64,000 nucleotides of DNA, taken from assembly GCA_947572235.1 (NCBI GenBank), contig CANPBB010000001.1, positions 1,620-65,619 on the forward strand. Reading direction: 5' to 3'. How positions within the stretch are numbered: the first letter of the stretch is position 1; each line of letters begins with the position of its first letter. This DNA is from an uncultured Clostridia bacterium. Lineage in GTDB: Bacteria > Bacillota > Clostridia > Oscillospirales > Oscillospiraceae. The notes beneath the pieces were generated by a model that made no database searches, was not told where the DNA came from, and worked only from the letters and a program-made list of their open reading frames with translations. Of this stretch, positions 36,482 through 45,609 are shown piece by piece. Made by a program: the position numbers and the translations under genes.

Positions 36482-37018
36482 ATGCGGGAGGAGACGGTAA
36501 TCGCCTTGGGATTTTTTGACGGCGTCCACTTGGGCCACCAAGCCCTGCTGCGCCGGACGGCGGAGCGGGGGGCGGAGCGGGGGCTCACCCCGGCGGTGTT
36601 CACCTTTGACCGCTCCCCGAGGGCAGTTGTTACCGGTGTCCCGGTGCCTTTGCTCACCACGCCGGAGGAGCGGGCGGCGGTAATCCGGGGGCTGTTTCCC
36701 ATTGACCGGGTAATTGTGGCGCCCTTCGACCAGAGGATGATGACCATGCCCTGGCGGGGGTTTTTGGATATGCTGCGGGAGGACTACCATGCCCGCTGGC
36801 TGGTGGCGGGGCACGATTTCCGCTTCGGACATCAAAACGAGGGCACGCCGGCGCTGCTGATGGACTACGCCAAGGAGATGGGGATCGGGTGCGATGTGAT
36901 CCCTGCGGTGACAGTGGACGGCCGGACTGTGAGCTCCACCTATATCCGGCGGCTGGTGGAAGAGGGACGGCAGGCGGAGGCCCGCCGGCTCTTGGGCCAT
37001 GACCGGCTGAGGCTTTGA
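36482..37018 (+). CDS. ribF: FMN adenylyltransferase (FAD synthetase) domain only; riboflavin kinase half absent
   Basis: ALGFFDGVHLGHQAL...GHDFRFG...SSTYIRRL motifs. The ORF stops at about 178 aa, where the kinase domain normally begins. Confidence 0.85.
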   Translation: MREETVIALGFFDGVHLGHQALLRRTAERGAERGLTPAVFTFDRSPRAVVTGVPVPLLTTPEERAAVIRGLFPIDRVIVAPFDQRMMTMPWRGFLDMLREDYHARWLVAGHDFRFGHQNEGTPALLMDYAKEMGIGCDVIPAVTVDGRTVSSTYIRRLVEEGRQAEARRLLGHDRLRL

Positions 37019-37112
37019 GCCCTTGGCGGCGCCTGTCCGCCCTTTGCTTGGCGCACAGCGAACTTATCGTTAGACCGTGGGGACAGCACCCCGCCTGAGA
37101 GGAGGGCCATTT

Positions 37113-37676
37113 ATGGGCACCATTCGCTTTGCCGCCATCGCCGACGCGCCGGCGCTTTTGGCGATCTATACCCCCTATGTGGAGGAAACCAGCATCTCTT
37201 TTGAGTACACCGCCCCTTCCCTAGCCGAGTTTGAGGGACGTATTCGGGAGATCATCGGCGAATACCCCTACATAGTCTATCAGGAGGGGGACGCCATTTT
37301 GGGCTATGCCTACGGACACCGGGCCATGGAGCGGGCGGCCTACGGGTGGAATGCGGAGCTGTCGGTGTACGTGGACCGCAGCTGCACAGGCCGGGGGATC
37401 GGGAGCCGATTGTACCGGTGCTTGGTGGATCTGCTCCAGCTTCAGGGGGTGCGCAATGTCTACGGTGTGGTCACCCACCCCAACCCGCCCAGCGAGGCCC
37501 TCCACAGGCGCTTGGGCTTTCAGATCACTGCCCGCTTTCCCGCCGCAGGCTACAAGCAGGGCCGCTGGCGGGATGTGCTGTGGTTCGGGAAGGTTCTCAG
37601 CGCTGGCCCTCCCCAGCCCCTGCGCCCCATCGGCGCGGTGGACGGGGAGACGGTTTTAAGGCGGTACAGTCAATAG
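37113..37676 (+). CDS. GNAT-family N-acetyltransferase (phosphinothricin-acetyltransferase-like)
   Basis: IRFAAIADAPALLAIYTPYVEETSISFEY...GRGIGSRLY motif. Confidence 0.85.
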   Translation: MGTIRFAAIADAPALLAIYTPYVEETSISFEYTAPSLAEFEGRIREIIGEYPYIVYQEGDAILGYAYGHRAMERAAYGWNAELSVYVDRSCTGRGIGSRLYRCLVDLLQLQGVRNVYGVVTHPNPPSEALHRRLGFQITARFPAAGYKQGRWRDVLWFGKVLSAGPPQPLRPIGAVDGETVLRRYSQ

Positions 37677-37677
37677 G

Positions 37678-37709
37678 GAACAGGCTCCGTCCTCAGACGG
37701 AGCCTGTTC
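37678..37709. terminator. Bidirectional terminator
   Basis: GAACAGGCTCCGTC-CTCA-GACGGAGCCTGTTC, a perfect stem. Confidence 0.75.
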
Positions 37710-37745
37710 TGTTTCGCATCATTTTCGATAACAGTACCAGAAAAC

Positions 37746-38918
37746 TCAGCCGCCGGAGAGGGCGGTGAAATAGGAGGTGTTGTCCCGCAGGACGATCACC
37801 ACCTCCGGCTGGTGGAGGGCGATATAGTCAGCGATGCTGCCCTGATAGCTCCGAGGGTCAATGCTGCGCATCTCGTCGAAGGAGGCATAGAGCAGCGTCT
37901 CCATGGCGTTGGTGTAGGACTCACCGATAATCAGCACGCTGGGCAGATCCGGCCGGTCGGTGTCCACCACCGTCTCTCCCTTGTCGCCGCCCATAAACAC
38001 CGTGTAGCTCACTGTCTCCTCCGCCGTCTCCGGCAGGAGGAACAGCTCCGCCGCCACCTCTGTCCCGTTGTCCCACCGGCGGAAGGGAACCGTCTGCCGG
38101 TACTGGGCGATGGTCAGCGCATCCCCCATGGGGCGGAGGCAGAAGAGCTTCCGGTTCCGGGAGCCCAGAAAAGGGTTGGGCAGCGTGGTAAAGGCGAGGT
38201 CCTCCTCCGCGGGCACATGGAGGCTGAGCCCCTGCCGGTCGTTGACGGTACGGAGGAGCTTCTGACAGACCGCCAGCGCGCCATAGACGGTGTAGTGGTG
38301 GTCACTGGCGAAGTACAGCGCCTCCGGGCACCCCTCGGCCCGAAACCTCTCGTAGAAGGACAGGTAGGGGATGTCCGCTTGGGCGAAGGCCTTCTCCATG
38401 GCTGCCTCAGTGGGGTCGTAGAGCCACTGCCGGTCCCTCCAGTAGTCCGGGTAGCGGTCCACAAAGTAGGCGGTCTGCTCCGGCAGGCCCACGTAGTAGA
38501 GCTGTCCGCCGCCCGCCGCCGCCGCGTCAGCCCACTGGCCGATCCCCGCGGCGCACTCTTGGGCGGAAGCGGACAGATAGGCGGTGTCCCAGTCGTTGTA
38601 GCTGTGGCTGCCCAAGAGTACATCGCTGTCCGTCAGCACGTCGCTGACCACCGGCTGGCGGAGGACCTCCAGCTGCAGGAGCGTCTGAAGCTTCAAAAGG
38701 TAGCTGCGAAAGGGAACGTGGTCGGTGAGATAGGACTCCAAGCTGTCAAAGTAGTCCCCGGAGAGAAAACTCTCCGCCGTAAGCGTCGGCATTTGGGTCA
38801 GAGAGCGGTTCTCGTAGTAGGAGCTCCACGCCTTGGGCATCAGCAGCGTCAGCGCCGCCACGCCGAAGAGGAAGGTGAGAAAGCAGGTGACAAAAAAGAG
38901 TTGCGCGGTACGTTTCAT
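37746..38918 (-). CDS. DHHW-family / AlgX-AlgJ-like SGNH protein, partner of the MBOAT acyltransferase
   Basis: N-terminal TM anchor. ASDHHYT (DHHW-type) motif. Lies directly downstream of the MBOAT gene. Confidence 0.8.
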   Translation of the reverse strand: MKRTAQLFFVTCFLTFLFGVAALTLLMPKAWSSYYENRSLTQMPTLTAESFLSGDYFDSLESYLTDHVPFRSYLLKLQTLLQLEVLRQPVVSDVLTDSDVLLGSHSYNDWDTAYLSASAQECAAGIGQWADAAAAGGGQLYYVGLPEQTAYFVDRYPDYWRDRQWLYDPTEAAMEKAFAQADIPYLSFYERFRAEGCPEALYFASDHHYTVYGALAVCQKLLRTVNDRQGLSLHVPAEEDLAFTTLPNPFLGSRNRKLFCLRPMGDALTIAQYRQTVPFRRWDNGTEVAAELFLLPETAEETVSYTVFMGGDKGETVVDTDRPDLPSVLIIGESYTNAMETLLYASFDEMRSIDPRSYQGSIADYIALHQPEVVIVLRDNTSYFTALSGG

Positions 38919-38985
38919 CCGTATACCCTCACAGAAATATTCCTATTGGAAAGATGCGCCTTCGATACAAAGCCGCCCTTTTTCC

Positions 38986-40371
38986 TTAAAAGCGGTAGTA
39001 GATAAAGGGGTTAAAGGAGGAGCTGATCAGCTGCAGAAAGGACAGCCCCAGCAGCACCAGCCCCAGAACCACCGGACCCCAGCAGAGCAGGGCCTCTTGG
39101 TTTTGGCGGCGGAGGGCGGCCTCCGCCCAGCCCTTCACCGGCAGGGAGGCGAGGAGCCCCGCCAGGAGAAAGAAGCCGTACTGCTTCAGAAGGTAGATGC
39201 TCTGTCCGGGGATTCCCTGTCCCAGCGTAAACATGGCGGCGAGATAGGTTCCCAGTGCCGTCAGACTCTCGCAGCGGAAGAGCACCCAGCCCAGGATCAC
39301 CAGCAGCATGGCATACAGATGCCGCGCCCACCCCGGCGCCCGGTCCAGCGCCCGCCGCCAGACAAACCGCTCCCCCAGAAGCAGGACTCCGAAGTAGGCC
39401 CCCCAGAGGACGAAGTTCCAAGCCGCCCCGTGCCAGAGTCCTGTGAGCAGCCACACCACCGCCACGTTACGGATCTGCTTGGCCGTCCCGCAGCGGCTGC
39501 CCCCCAAGGGGATGTACACATAGTCCCGGAACCACCCGGAGAGGGACATGTGCCAGCGCCGCCAGAACTCGGTGATGGACCGGGAGAGGTAGGGGTAGTT
39601 AAAGTTCTCCTCAAAGTGGAAGCCGAACATCCGCCCCAGGCCGATGGCCATATCGGAGTAGCCGGAGAAGTCGAAGTAGATCTGCCCGGTGTAAGCCAAG
39701 GCCCCCAGCCAAGCGGCGGAGGCGGAGAGGGACAGTGTCCCAAAGACATCGTCGGCCATCAGCCCTAAATTGTTGGCAAGAAGCATCTTCTTGCCAAGAC
39801 CGAAGGTGAAGCGCAGAGCCCCGGCGGCAAAGTCGTCCAAGCTCTCCCGCCGCTGGGAGAGCTCGCCGGCCACGGCGGTGTAGCGGACGATGGGCCCCGC
39901 CACCAGCTGGGGAAAGAGGGAGATGTAGAGGGCCACCCGCAGGAGGCTCCGCTCTGCCGCCGCCTCTCCCCGGTAGACGTCGATGACGTAGCTGAGTCCC
40001 TGAAAGGTGAAAAATGAGATCCCCACCGGCAGAACAATCTCCGGCACCGGTACGGGGAGGCGCAGGCTGTTTAGGAGCTGGGCAAAGAAGGCGGCGTACT
40101 TGAACCAGCCCAGCAGCAGCAGGTTGGCCGCCGCCGCGGCCCAGAGGGTCCAAGGACGCCGGCCGGCGCAGAGGAGGCCGAAGGCGTAGTTGACGGCGAT
40201 GGAGAGGAGCATGAGCAGGAGGTACTTCGGCCCGCCGCAGAGGTAGAAAAACAGGCTGAAGGCCAGCAAGAGGGCATTCCTCCCCCCCCGGCAGCGGGGG
40301 GGAAGGAGGAAGTACAGGGCCAGCAGGAGGGTGAGAAAGAAGAAGAGAAACAGGTAGCTGGAAAATACCAT
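38986..40371 (-). CDS. MBOAT-family membrane O-acyltransferase (AlgI/DltB-like)
   Basis: Polytopic. RRWHMSLSGWFRDYVYIPLGG and LWHGA motifs. Start MVFSSYLF. Confidence 0.9.
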   Translation of the reverse strand: MVFSSYLFLFFFLTLLLALYFLLPPRCRGGRNALLLAFSLFFYLCGGPKYLLLMLLSIAVNYAFGLLCAGRRPWTLWAAAAANLLLLGWFKYAAFFAQLLNSLRLPVPVPEIVLPVGISFFTFQGLSYVIDVYRGEAAAERSLLRVALYISLFPQLVAGPIVRYTAVAGELSQRRESLDDFAAGALRFTFGLGKKMLLANNLGLMADDVFGTLSLSASAAWLGALAYTGQIYFDFSGYSDMAIGLGRMFGFHFEENFNYPYLSRSITEFWRRWHMSLSGWFRDYVYIPLGGSRCGTAKQIRNVAVVWLLTGLWHGAAWNFVLWGAYFGVLLLGERFVWRRALDRAPGWARHLYAMLLVILGWVLFRCESLTALGTYLAAMFTLGQGIPGQSIYLLKQYGFFLLAGLLASLPVKGWAEAALRRQNQEALLCWGPVVLGLVLLGLSFLQLISSSFNPFIYYRF

Positions 40372-40579
40372 AAGCGTTTTTCGTTTCCTTTTTTGGGATT
40401 TTTGTTTCCCATAGTATAGCGCAAAGGAATGCACTTTGCAAGAGCGCCCCCGCGGTGAAGGTGTTCAGCCGCGCATTTTCAAGGGAAAAGGATAACGGCG
40501 CCGCGGCAGGGAGGATGAGGGCGAACAGTCCCGGCAGCTTATGCTGCCGGGACTGTTTCTGAGAGCGGACAAGCCGCCG

Positions 40580-40903
40580 CTATGCCGATATGCTGTTCAG
40601 CGCTTGGAGCAGCTGCGCCTTGTCCTGCCCGCCCACCAGCCGCAGGGCCTCCCGACCCTCGCTGACGATGAGCACGGTGGGGACGCTCATAATGCGAAAC
40701 TGCTGTACCAGACCCGGCGCCGCATTTACGTCCACCTTACAGACCTTGTATCGCCCCTCGCTCTCCGCCGCCAGCTCCTCCACCGTGGGGGCGAAGCGCT
40801 GACAGGGGACACACCAAGTGCCGAAGAAGTCCAATAGAACGGGGACTTCGCTGCACTGTACCTCAGGAATAAAATTCCTGTCATTCACCTCGATTACAGA
40901 CAT
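40580..40903 (-). CDS. trxA: Thioredoxin
   Basis: WCVPC active site, about 107 aa. GGGAGGA SD. Confidence 0.92.
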   Translation of the reverse strand: MSVIEVNDRNFIPEVQCSEVPVLLDFFGTWCVPCQRFAPTVEELAAESEGRYKVCKVDVNAAPGLVQQFRIMSVPTVLIVSEGREALRLVGGQDKAQLLQALNSISA

Positions 40904-40989
40904 GGATGATCCTCCCTTCAATTGTCCCGCAGATAGTGTCTCCTATTTTACCAGAACCTATGTAAAAATCAAGACAGAATTTGCGCTCC

Positions 40990-41018
40990 TTGCACAAAAC
41001 GGAAAAATAGGGTATACT
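40990..41018 (+). promoter_or_regulatory. Sigma-A-type promoter for trxB
   Basis: TTGCAC, 17 nt, TATACT. Confidence 0.5.
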
Positions 41019-41063
41019 GTGGCATGAGGGCCAATAGGCCTAAGACTGGGAGGAGGTAGCAGC

Positions 41064-41990
41064 ATGACATATGATGTCATCATCATTGGCGCGGGTCCCG
41101 CGGGGCTCACCGCCGCCATCTACGCCGTCCGGGCGGGACTCAGCACACTGATTCTGGAGGCACAGCAGGTGGGGGGGCAGGTGGCCATTTCCGCGGAGAT
41201 CGAGAACTACCCCGGCGCGCCCCGGACCACCGGCTGGCAGCTGGCCAGCGCCATGGACCGGCAGGTCCGGGACATGGACGTGCCCATCCGGCACGAGGCC
41301 GTCACCGCCATCGCCGATTTGGGGCGGACAAAGCAGGTGATCACCACCGCCGGCACCTACACCGCCGGGGCGCTGATCTTGGCCAATGGGGCCAAGCGGC
41401 GCAAGATAGGCATCCCCGGGGAGGAGGCGCTTTTTGGCCGGGGCGTCTCCTATTGTGCCACCTGTGACGGGAACTTTTTCCGCGGCCGGGACGTGGCGGT
41501 GGTGGGCGGCGGAAACACCGCTGTAGAGGACGCGGTGTACCTCTCCGGCCTCTGCGCCCATGTCCACCTGATCTACCGACGGGAGGTGCTTACCGCCCAG
41601 AAGCCCCTGATTGCGGCGGCCCGGAGCCGGGAGAACCTGCACCTGCACCCCGGCGCCCGGGTGACAGCCATCCAAGGCGGCGGGACAGTGGAGGCGGTGG
41701 AGGTGGCCGGCGTCCGAGGCGGGGAGCCGTTGCTCCTGCCGGTGTCCGGTGTGTTTATCGCTATCGGCTTGGAGCCGGACAACGGCATCTTCGCACCCAC
41801 CGTGGCTCTGGACCAAGGGGGATACCTACAGGCGGGAGAGGACTGCAAGACCAGCTGTCCCGGTATCTTCTGCGCCGGGGATGCCCGCACCAAACCCCTG
41901 CGCCAGATCGTCACCGCCGCCTCCGACGGCGCGGTGGCCGCCATGCAGGCGGAGCGGTACCTGTCCGCCTTAGGCGGCGCGGAGGGGTAG
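41064..41990 (+). CDS. trxB: Thioredoxin-disulfide reductase
   Basis: IIIGAGPAGLTAA, CATCDG redox centre, GGGNTA, GDA motifs. Confidence 0.93.
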   Translation: MTYDVIIIGAGPAGLTAAIYAVRAGLSTLILEAQQVGGQVAISAEIENYPGAPRTTGWQLASAMDRQVRDMDVPIRHEAVTAIADLGRTKQVITTAGTYTAGALILANGAKRRKIGIPGEEALFGRGVSYCATCDGNFFRGRDVAVVGGGNTAVEDAVYLSGLCAHVHLIYRREVLTAQKPLIAAARSRENLHLHPGARVTAIQGGGTVEAVEVAGVRGGEPLLLPVSGVFIAIGLEPDNGIFAPTVALDQGGYLQAGEDCKTSCPGIFCAGDARTKPLRQIVTAASDGAVAAMQAERYLSALGGAEG

Positions 41991-42024
41991 AAAAAAGGGG
42001 GGCCGCTCCCATAGGGTACAGAGA

Positions 42025-42061
42025 AGCAGAGGAGAAGGCAGATGCTGCCTCCTCCTCTGCT
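42025..42061. terminator. Terminator hairpin between convergent genes
   Basis: AGCAGAGGAGAAGGCAG-ATG-CTGCCTCCTCCTCTGCT. Confidence 0.6.
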
Positions 42062-42070
42062 CGTTCTCGT

Positions 42071-42313
42071 TTACGCCTCCAAACTCCGCTTTTTTCTCCG
42101 ATAGAACACCCAGCTGAGCAGTACACAGAGGGCAATGGCGGCGCCGTAGGGGATGGCCAAGAGGAAGGCCACGCTGGCCGGGGCGCTCCCGCCGGCCACC
42201 TGACCGCTCCACCAGAGGTTGGCGTAGCTGTAGGCCACCTCTGCGCACATCACATCACTGAGCAGTACAGCCAGGGCCCCAAAGCCCATATACAAAAATC
42301 GGTATTGACGCAT
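42071..42313 (-). CDS. Small membrane protein (80 aa)
   Basis: Two hydrophobic segments. 11 nt downstream of the XRE-TM gene, so probably co-transcribed. Confidence 0.55.
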   Translation of the reverse strand: MRQYRFLYMGFGALAVLLSDVMCAEVAYSYANLWWSGQVAGGSAPASVAFLLAIPYGAAIALCVLLSWVFYRRKKRSLEA

Positions 42314-42324
42314 AAAATATCCTC

Positions 42325-42771
42325 CTATTTCCGGCGGTCCCGCAGGACCAGAATCGCCCCCGCCCCCATGATCAGGAGGAGGAGCAGCAGCAAAAGCCCG
42401 GAGCCGTTCAGCGTGACCATGGAGGAGGCGTCTGCCGCCGCCATGAAGTCAGGGCGCAGGAGCATCGCCGTCCCGAGCCCCAGAACGCCCAGAGCGCCTC
42501 CAGCGCAGAGCGCCGCCCCCAAACAGCTGCGGCGGGTCAGCGTCTCCCTTGGCGGCAGGAGGGGTGGGGGCGGTACCTCCTCCGCCCCGGTGAGCTGATC
42601 CATCGTCACCTGAAAGCAGCGGCACATAGCTTGGAGCTTCTCCAAACCCGGCGTGGCGCTGCCGTTCTCCCACCGGGAGACAGCCTGCCGGGAGACGCCC
42701 AAGAGCTCCGCCAGCTGGTCCTGGCTGAGTCCGGCCCGCCGCCGGAGGGTATAGATTCGATTGGAGAGCAT
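42325..42771 (-). CDS. XRE-family HTH protein with C-terminal transmembrane segments
   Basis: MLSNRIYTLRRRAGLSQDQLAELLGVSRQAVSRWENG HTH, then two hydrophobic stretches. Confidence 0.8.
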   Translation of the reverse strand: MLSNRIYTLRRRAGLSQDQLAELLGVSRQAVSRWENGSATPGLEKLQAMCRCFQVTMDQLTGAEEVPPPPLLPPRETLTRRSCLGAALCAGGALGVLGLGTAMLLRPDFMAAADASSMVTLNGSGLLLLLLLLIMGAGAILVLRDRRK

Positions 42772-43112
42772 GGCTGGCCACTCCTTTCCATGTGTTTGTA
42801 CCGGCCCGCGCAATAGGCCGATCCTGTCCGGCGGCGCCTCCCGTGGGTCCGCCAGATCCTGAGGAGACTATACCACAGATCTCCCTCGTTGGCTATCCAC
42901 TTCAGGCGGAAATTCCGCAACCGGCTGTTGCGAAAGCGCAATTAGAGGGTTTTTGCCCCCCTTTTTGGTGCCGTCCCCCTGCACCGTCGCCGGCGGAGCA
43001 GGGGCGGGGGACACAGTTCCCCTTGCGGCGGGCGGAGGTCTGTGATAGAATAGCTGCTGTGTGACCGCCGCTGGGGGCAGTCTCCGACAGGGCGGCCGAG
43101 CCGGGAAAGGAT

Positions 43113-43673
43113 GTGGGGGCTATCGTGACACATGAACAAAAAACAGGGTGGCTTCGCGGTGCGCTGCGGAGTATCTTGACCGATCTGCCCCATGTCCTGT
43201 TTTTCTTTTTGGTCCTGCCCATGGTTCTGCTGCTTCTGCTGATCCCCGCCTCTTGGTATGAGGCGGAGGGCTACGCGGATTTGGGCGTGGTGGATTTTGT
43301 GGCCAGCGAGGTGGCCATGCGGGTCCGGCAGCACAAGGTCAATGACCATGACATCATTTACCGCGCCACTGACGGCAGCGGCCTGTCCTTTTTGGAGGCG
43401 GCTACCCGACAGTCTGCCCGCGCCGCCGTGAGAGAGCAGCGGCATATTCAGCGGCATGTGTATATCTCCCATCAAAAGCCCACTGGAATTCTCCGTCTGT
43501 TTCGTCTGACCACAGGGCAGGTGTTTCTGCCTGTGGGAGAGGATTTGCAGGACTACTTGGACACCGGGCGGCGGATTACGGCGGCTGCCTACGCGGCGGG
43601 GTTCTGCTACACCGTGGTCTACCTTTCCGGCGTTGTCCGCTGCCGGCGCAAAAGGCGGGAGAATGGGACATAG
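43113..43673 (+). CDS. Hypothetical membrane protein
   Basis: GTG start. TM segments near the N- and C-termini. No motif recognised. Confidence 0.5.
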   Translation: MGAIVTHEQKTGWLRGALRSILTDLPHVLFFFLVLPMVLLLLLIPASWYEAEGYADLGVVDFVASEVAMRVRQHKVNDHDIIYRATDGSGLSFLEAATRQSARAAVREQRHIQRHVYISHQKPTGILRLFRLTTGQVFLPVGEDLQDYLDTGRRITAAAYAAGFCYTVVYLSGVVRCRRKRRENGT

Positions 43674-43724
43674 GAGACGCCCGCCGCGCCTGCGGGGGCG
43701 TACTACAGCAAAAAGGAGCCAGCC

Positions 43725-43943
43725 ATGGAGAACATCTACACCATCACCCACCTAAAATGCCAGTCCTGCACCTGCAAGACCCACTGTGCCCAGTGCAGCG
43801 CCGAGGCGGAGGAGGCCCTCCTTCAATTCCCCGGCGTGGACTTCGCCGCTGTGGATCTGAGCCAGAAGCGCCTCTGCGTCAGCGGCCCCGATGAGGACAC
43901 GATCTTAGACGCCATCGACGACGCCGGCCTCCTGCTTGGCTGA
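43725..43943 (+). CDS. Small Cys-rich (HMA-like?) protein
   Basis: 72 aa with LKCQSCTCKTHCAQC. AAAGGAG SD. The 3' end overlaps the convergent ParB-like gene. Confidence 0.5.
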   Translation: MENIYTITHLKCQSCTCKTHCAQCSAEAEEALLQFPGVDFAAVDLSQKRLCVSGPDEDTILDAIDDAGLLLG

Positions 43944-44765
43944 TGTGGCCGCGGCTGCCGCCGCCTTCTTCCCCCGCTTGGGGATCTGCACCGTCACCGT
44001 GATGGTCTCCTCGTCCTCCTCCCGGGAGACGCAGGCGTCCACGCCGGCCTGCTGCATGATCTCCACACTGCGGCGGATGCTGTTGAGGAACAATCGAACG
44101 TCCTTGATAATGTAACTGGGCCGCCGGGGCGGCGGCATCATCTGCACCTCCGACAGCAGCGCCTCGATGTACTCCTCTGTCTGGGCCACGTTCAAGTGCT
44201 GCTCTCCGATGTGCCGCAGGGCCGTCAGGCGCTGCTCCTCGTCGGTGAGGCGCAGCAGCGCGCGGGCGTGTCGCTCTGTAAGCTGATACTGCCGCAAAAG
44301 TGCCGCGCAGGGCTCCGAGAGCCGCAGGAGGCGCAGCTTGTTGGCCACGGCGGACTGGGATTTGCCCAGCTTGGCCGCCGCCTCCTCCTGCGAGAGGCCG
44401 AAGGTGGCGATCAGCCGGGCGATGGCCTCCGCCTCCTCCAGATAGTGCAGTCCGCTGCGCTGGAGGTTTTCGATCAAGGCCAGCACCGCCCGGCTCTCCT
44501 CGTCGATGTTCAAGATCACGCAGGGCACCGTGTCCAGCCCCGCCATCCCCGCTGCCCGGAGCCGGCGCTCGCCAGCTACCAGTGTGTAGGTGTAGTGCCC
44601 CTTCTGCACCGTCAGGGGCTGAAGAATGCCGTGGAGGCGGATGGAGTCCGCCAGCTCCCTCAGGGACTGGGGGTCGAAATGCCGCCGGGGCTGGGCCGGA
44701 TTGGGCGCGATGTGGTTGATGGGTATGTAGTGAATCCTGCGGGATGCCAGCTTCACCGTCTCCAT
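43905..44765 (-). CDS. ParB/Spo0J/Noc-family protein (Noc-like)
   Basis: IAPNPAQPRRHFD, GILQPLTV, AGERRLRAA ParB box, HTH LSQEEAAAKLGKSQSAVANKLRLLRL. Start METVK behind AAGGAGG. Confidence 0.85.
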   Translation of the reverse strand: METVKLASRRIHYIPINHIAPNPAQPRRHFDPQSLRELADSIRLHGILQPLTVQKGHYTYTLVAGERRLRAAGMAGLDTVPCVILNIDEESRAVLALIENLQRSGLHYLEEAEAIARLIATFGLSQEEAAAKLGKSQSAVANKLRLLRLSEPCAALLRQYQLTERHARALLRLTDEEQRLTALRHIGEQHLNVAQTEEYIEALLSEVQMMPPPRRPSYIIKDVRLFLNSIRRSVEIMQQAGVDACVSREEDEETITVTVQIPKRGKKAAAAAATSAKQEAGVVDGV

Positions 44766-44959
44766 AGCTTGTCCTCCTTGCCGTTTCCACAAGATGTTGG
44801 GGGAGTATACCCCCTTAGCATAGCAGATATAGAGGGCGAAAAAGGTCAAAGGAGCGGGAAGCCTGCCCTCCTTTGACCACAGAAAGTTTTTTCCGTTGAC
44901 CATCCAAGAAAAATACACTATATTAAAAGACAGAAAAGGGCGCCTGCCAGTACAGACGG

Positions 44960-45103
44960 TCAGCTCCCGAGATAGTTACAGAAGATGTACCCGCAGCTTG
45001 AGGAAAGCTGCGGGTACATCTTCTTATTGGCGTTCATAAAGAGGCCAATGATGCCAACAATCAAAATCCCGACCTGAATCAGTTCGGGATATGTAGTCAT
45101 CAT
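44960..45103 (-). CDS. Candidate holin-like type I toxin peptide (47 aa)
   Basis: MMTTYPELIQVGILIVGIIGLFMNANKK...; GGAGGG SD 6 nt upstream. Single TM followed by KK. Below the ORF-track size cut-off. Confidence 0.55.
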   Translation of the reverse strand: MMTTYPELIQVGILIVGIIGLFMNANKKMYPQLSSSCGYIFCNYLGS

Positions 45104-45250
45104 AATCAGCCCTCCTTTTTATGGATCGGGGGGCGAAGAAGTGTGCCCCTGCCGGGGCCAACCGCCCTTATCGTTGTACTGGCAGACGCCTTGTCCCCAC
45201 GATACCACGCTATACGGCAGAATATAACAAAATATTTCAAATTTTGACAA

Positions 45251-45290
45251 AAAGGGAAGGGATACTCCTACAGAGTGTCCCTTCCCTTTT
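45251..45290 (-). terminator. Rho-independent terminator of the lspA-rluD-orf93 transcript
   Basis: Minus strand reads AAGGGAAGGGA...TCCCTTCCCTT followed by TTTTG. Confidence 0.7.
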
Positions 45291-45327
45291 CATACAGGGA
45301 GATTCCGCCTGCGCACCTCTGGTGGTT

Positions 45328-45609
45328 CTATCTTCCCCAAGGGGAGTCTTTCGCCGCCTCCTCATCAAAGTCCCAGCGGCCGCCCTTGTTGCGGTCACAG
45401 AGGATCGGGCGGGACAAAATCTCCATCACCTTATCGTCCTCCAAAACCCATTGCTCCGCTGCCTCGTACTCCTCCCGGGTGATCTGATGGTACTCCGGAG
45501 TGTCGCAGGCGCCGGTGAGCTGCTCGAAGGCGTAGATGTGTGCCCCGAACATCCCCACGCTGCAGGTGGAATAAAAGCTCCTCATACGGCGGTACTCATT
45601 GGCGTTCAT
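45328..45609 (-). CDS. Hypothetical protein (93 aa)
   Basis: GGAGGGG SD 7 nt upstream. Overlaps the rluD stop by 14 nt. No motif recognised. Confidence 0.55.
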   Translation of the reverse strand: MNANEYRRMRSFYSTCSVGMFGAHIYAFEQLTGACDTPEYHQITREEYEAAEQWVLEDDKVMEILSRPILCDRNKGGRWDFDEEAAKDSPWGR

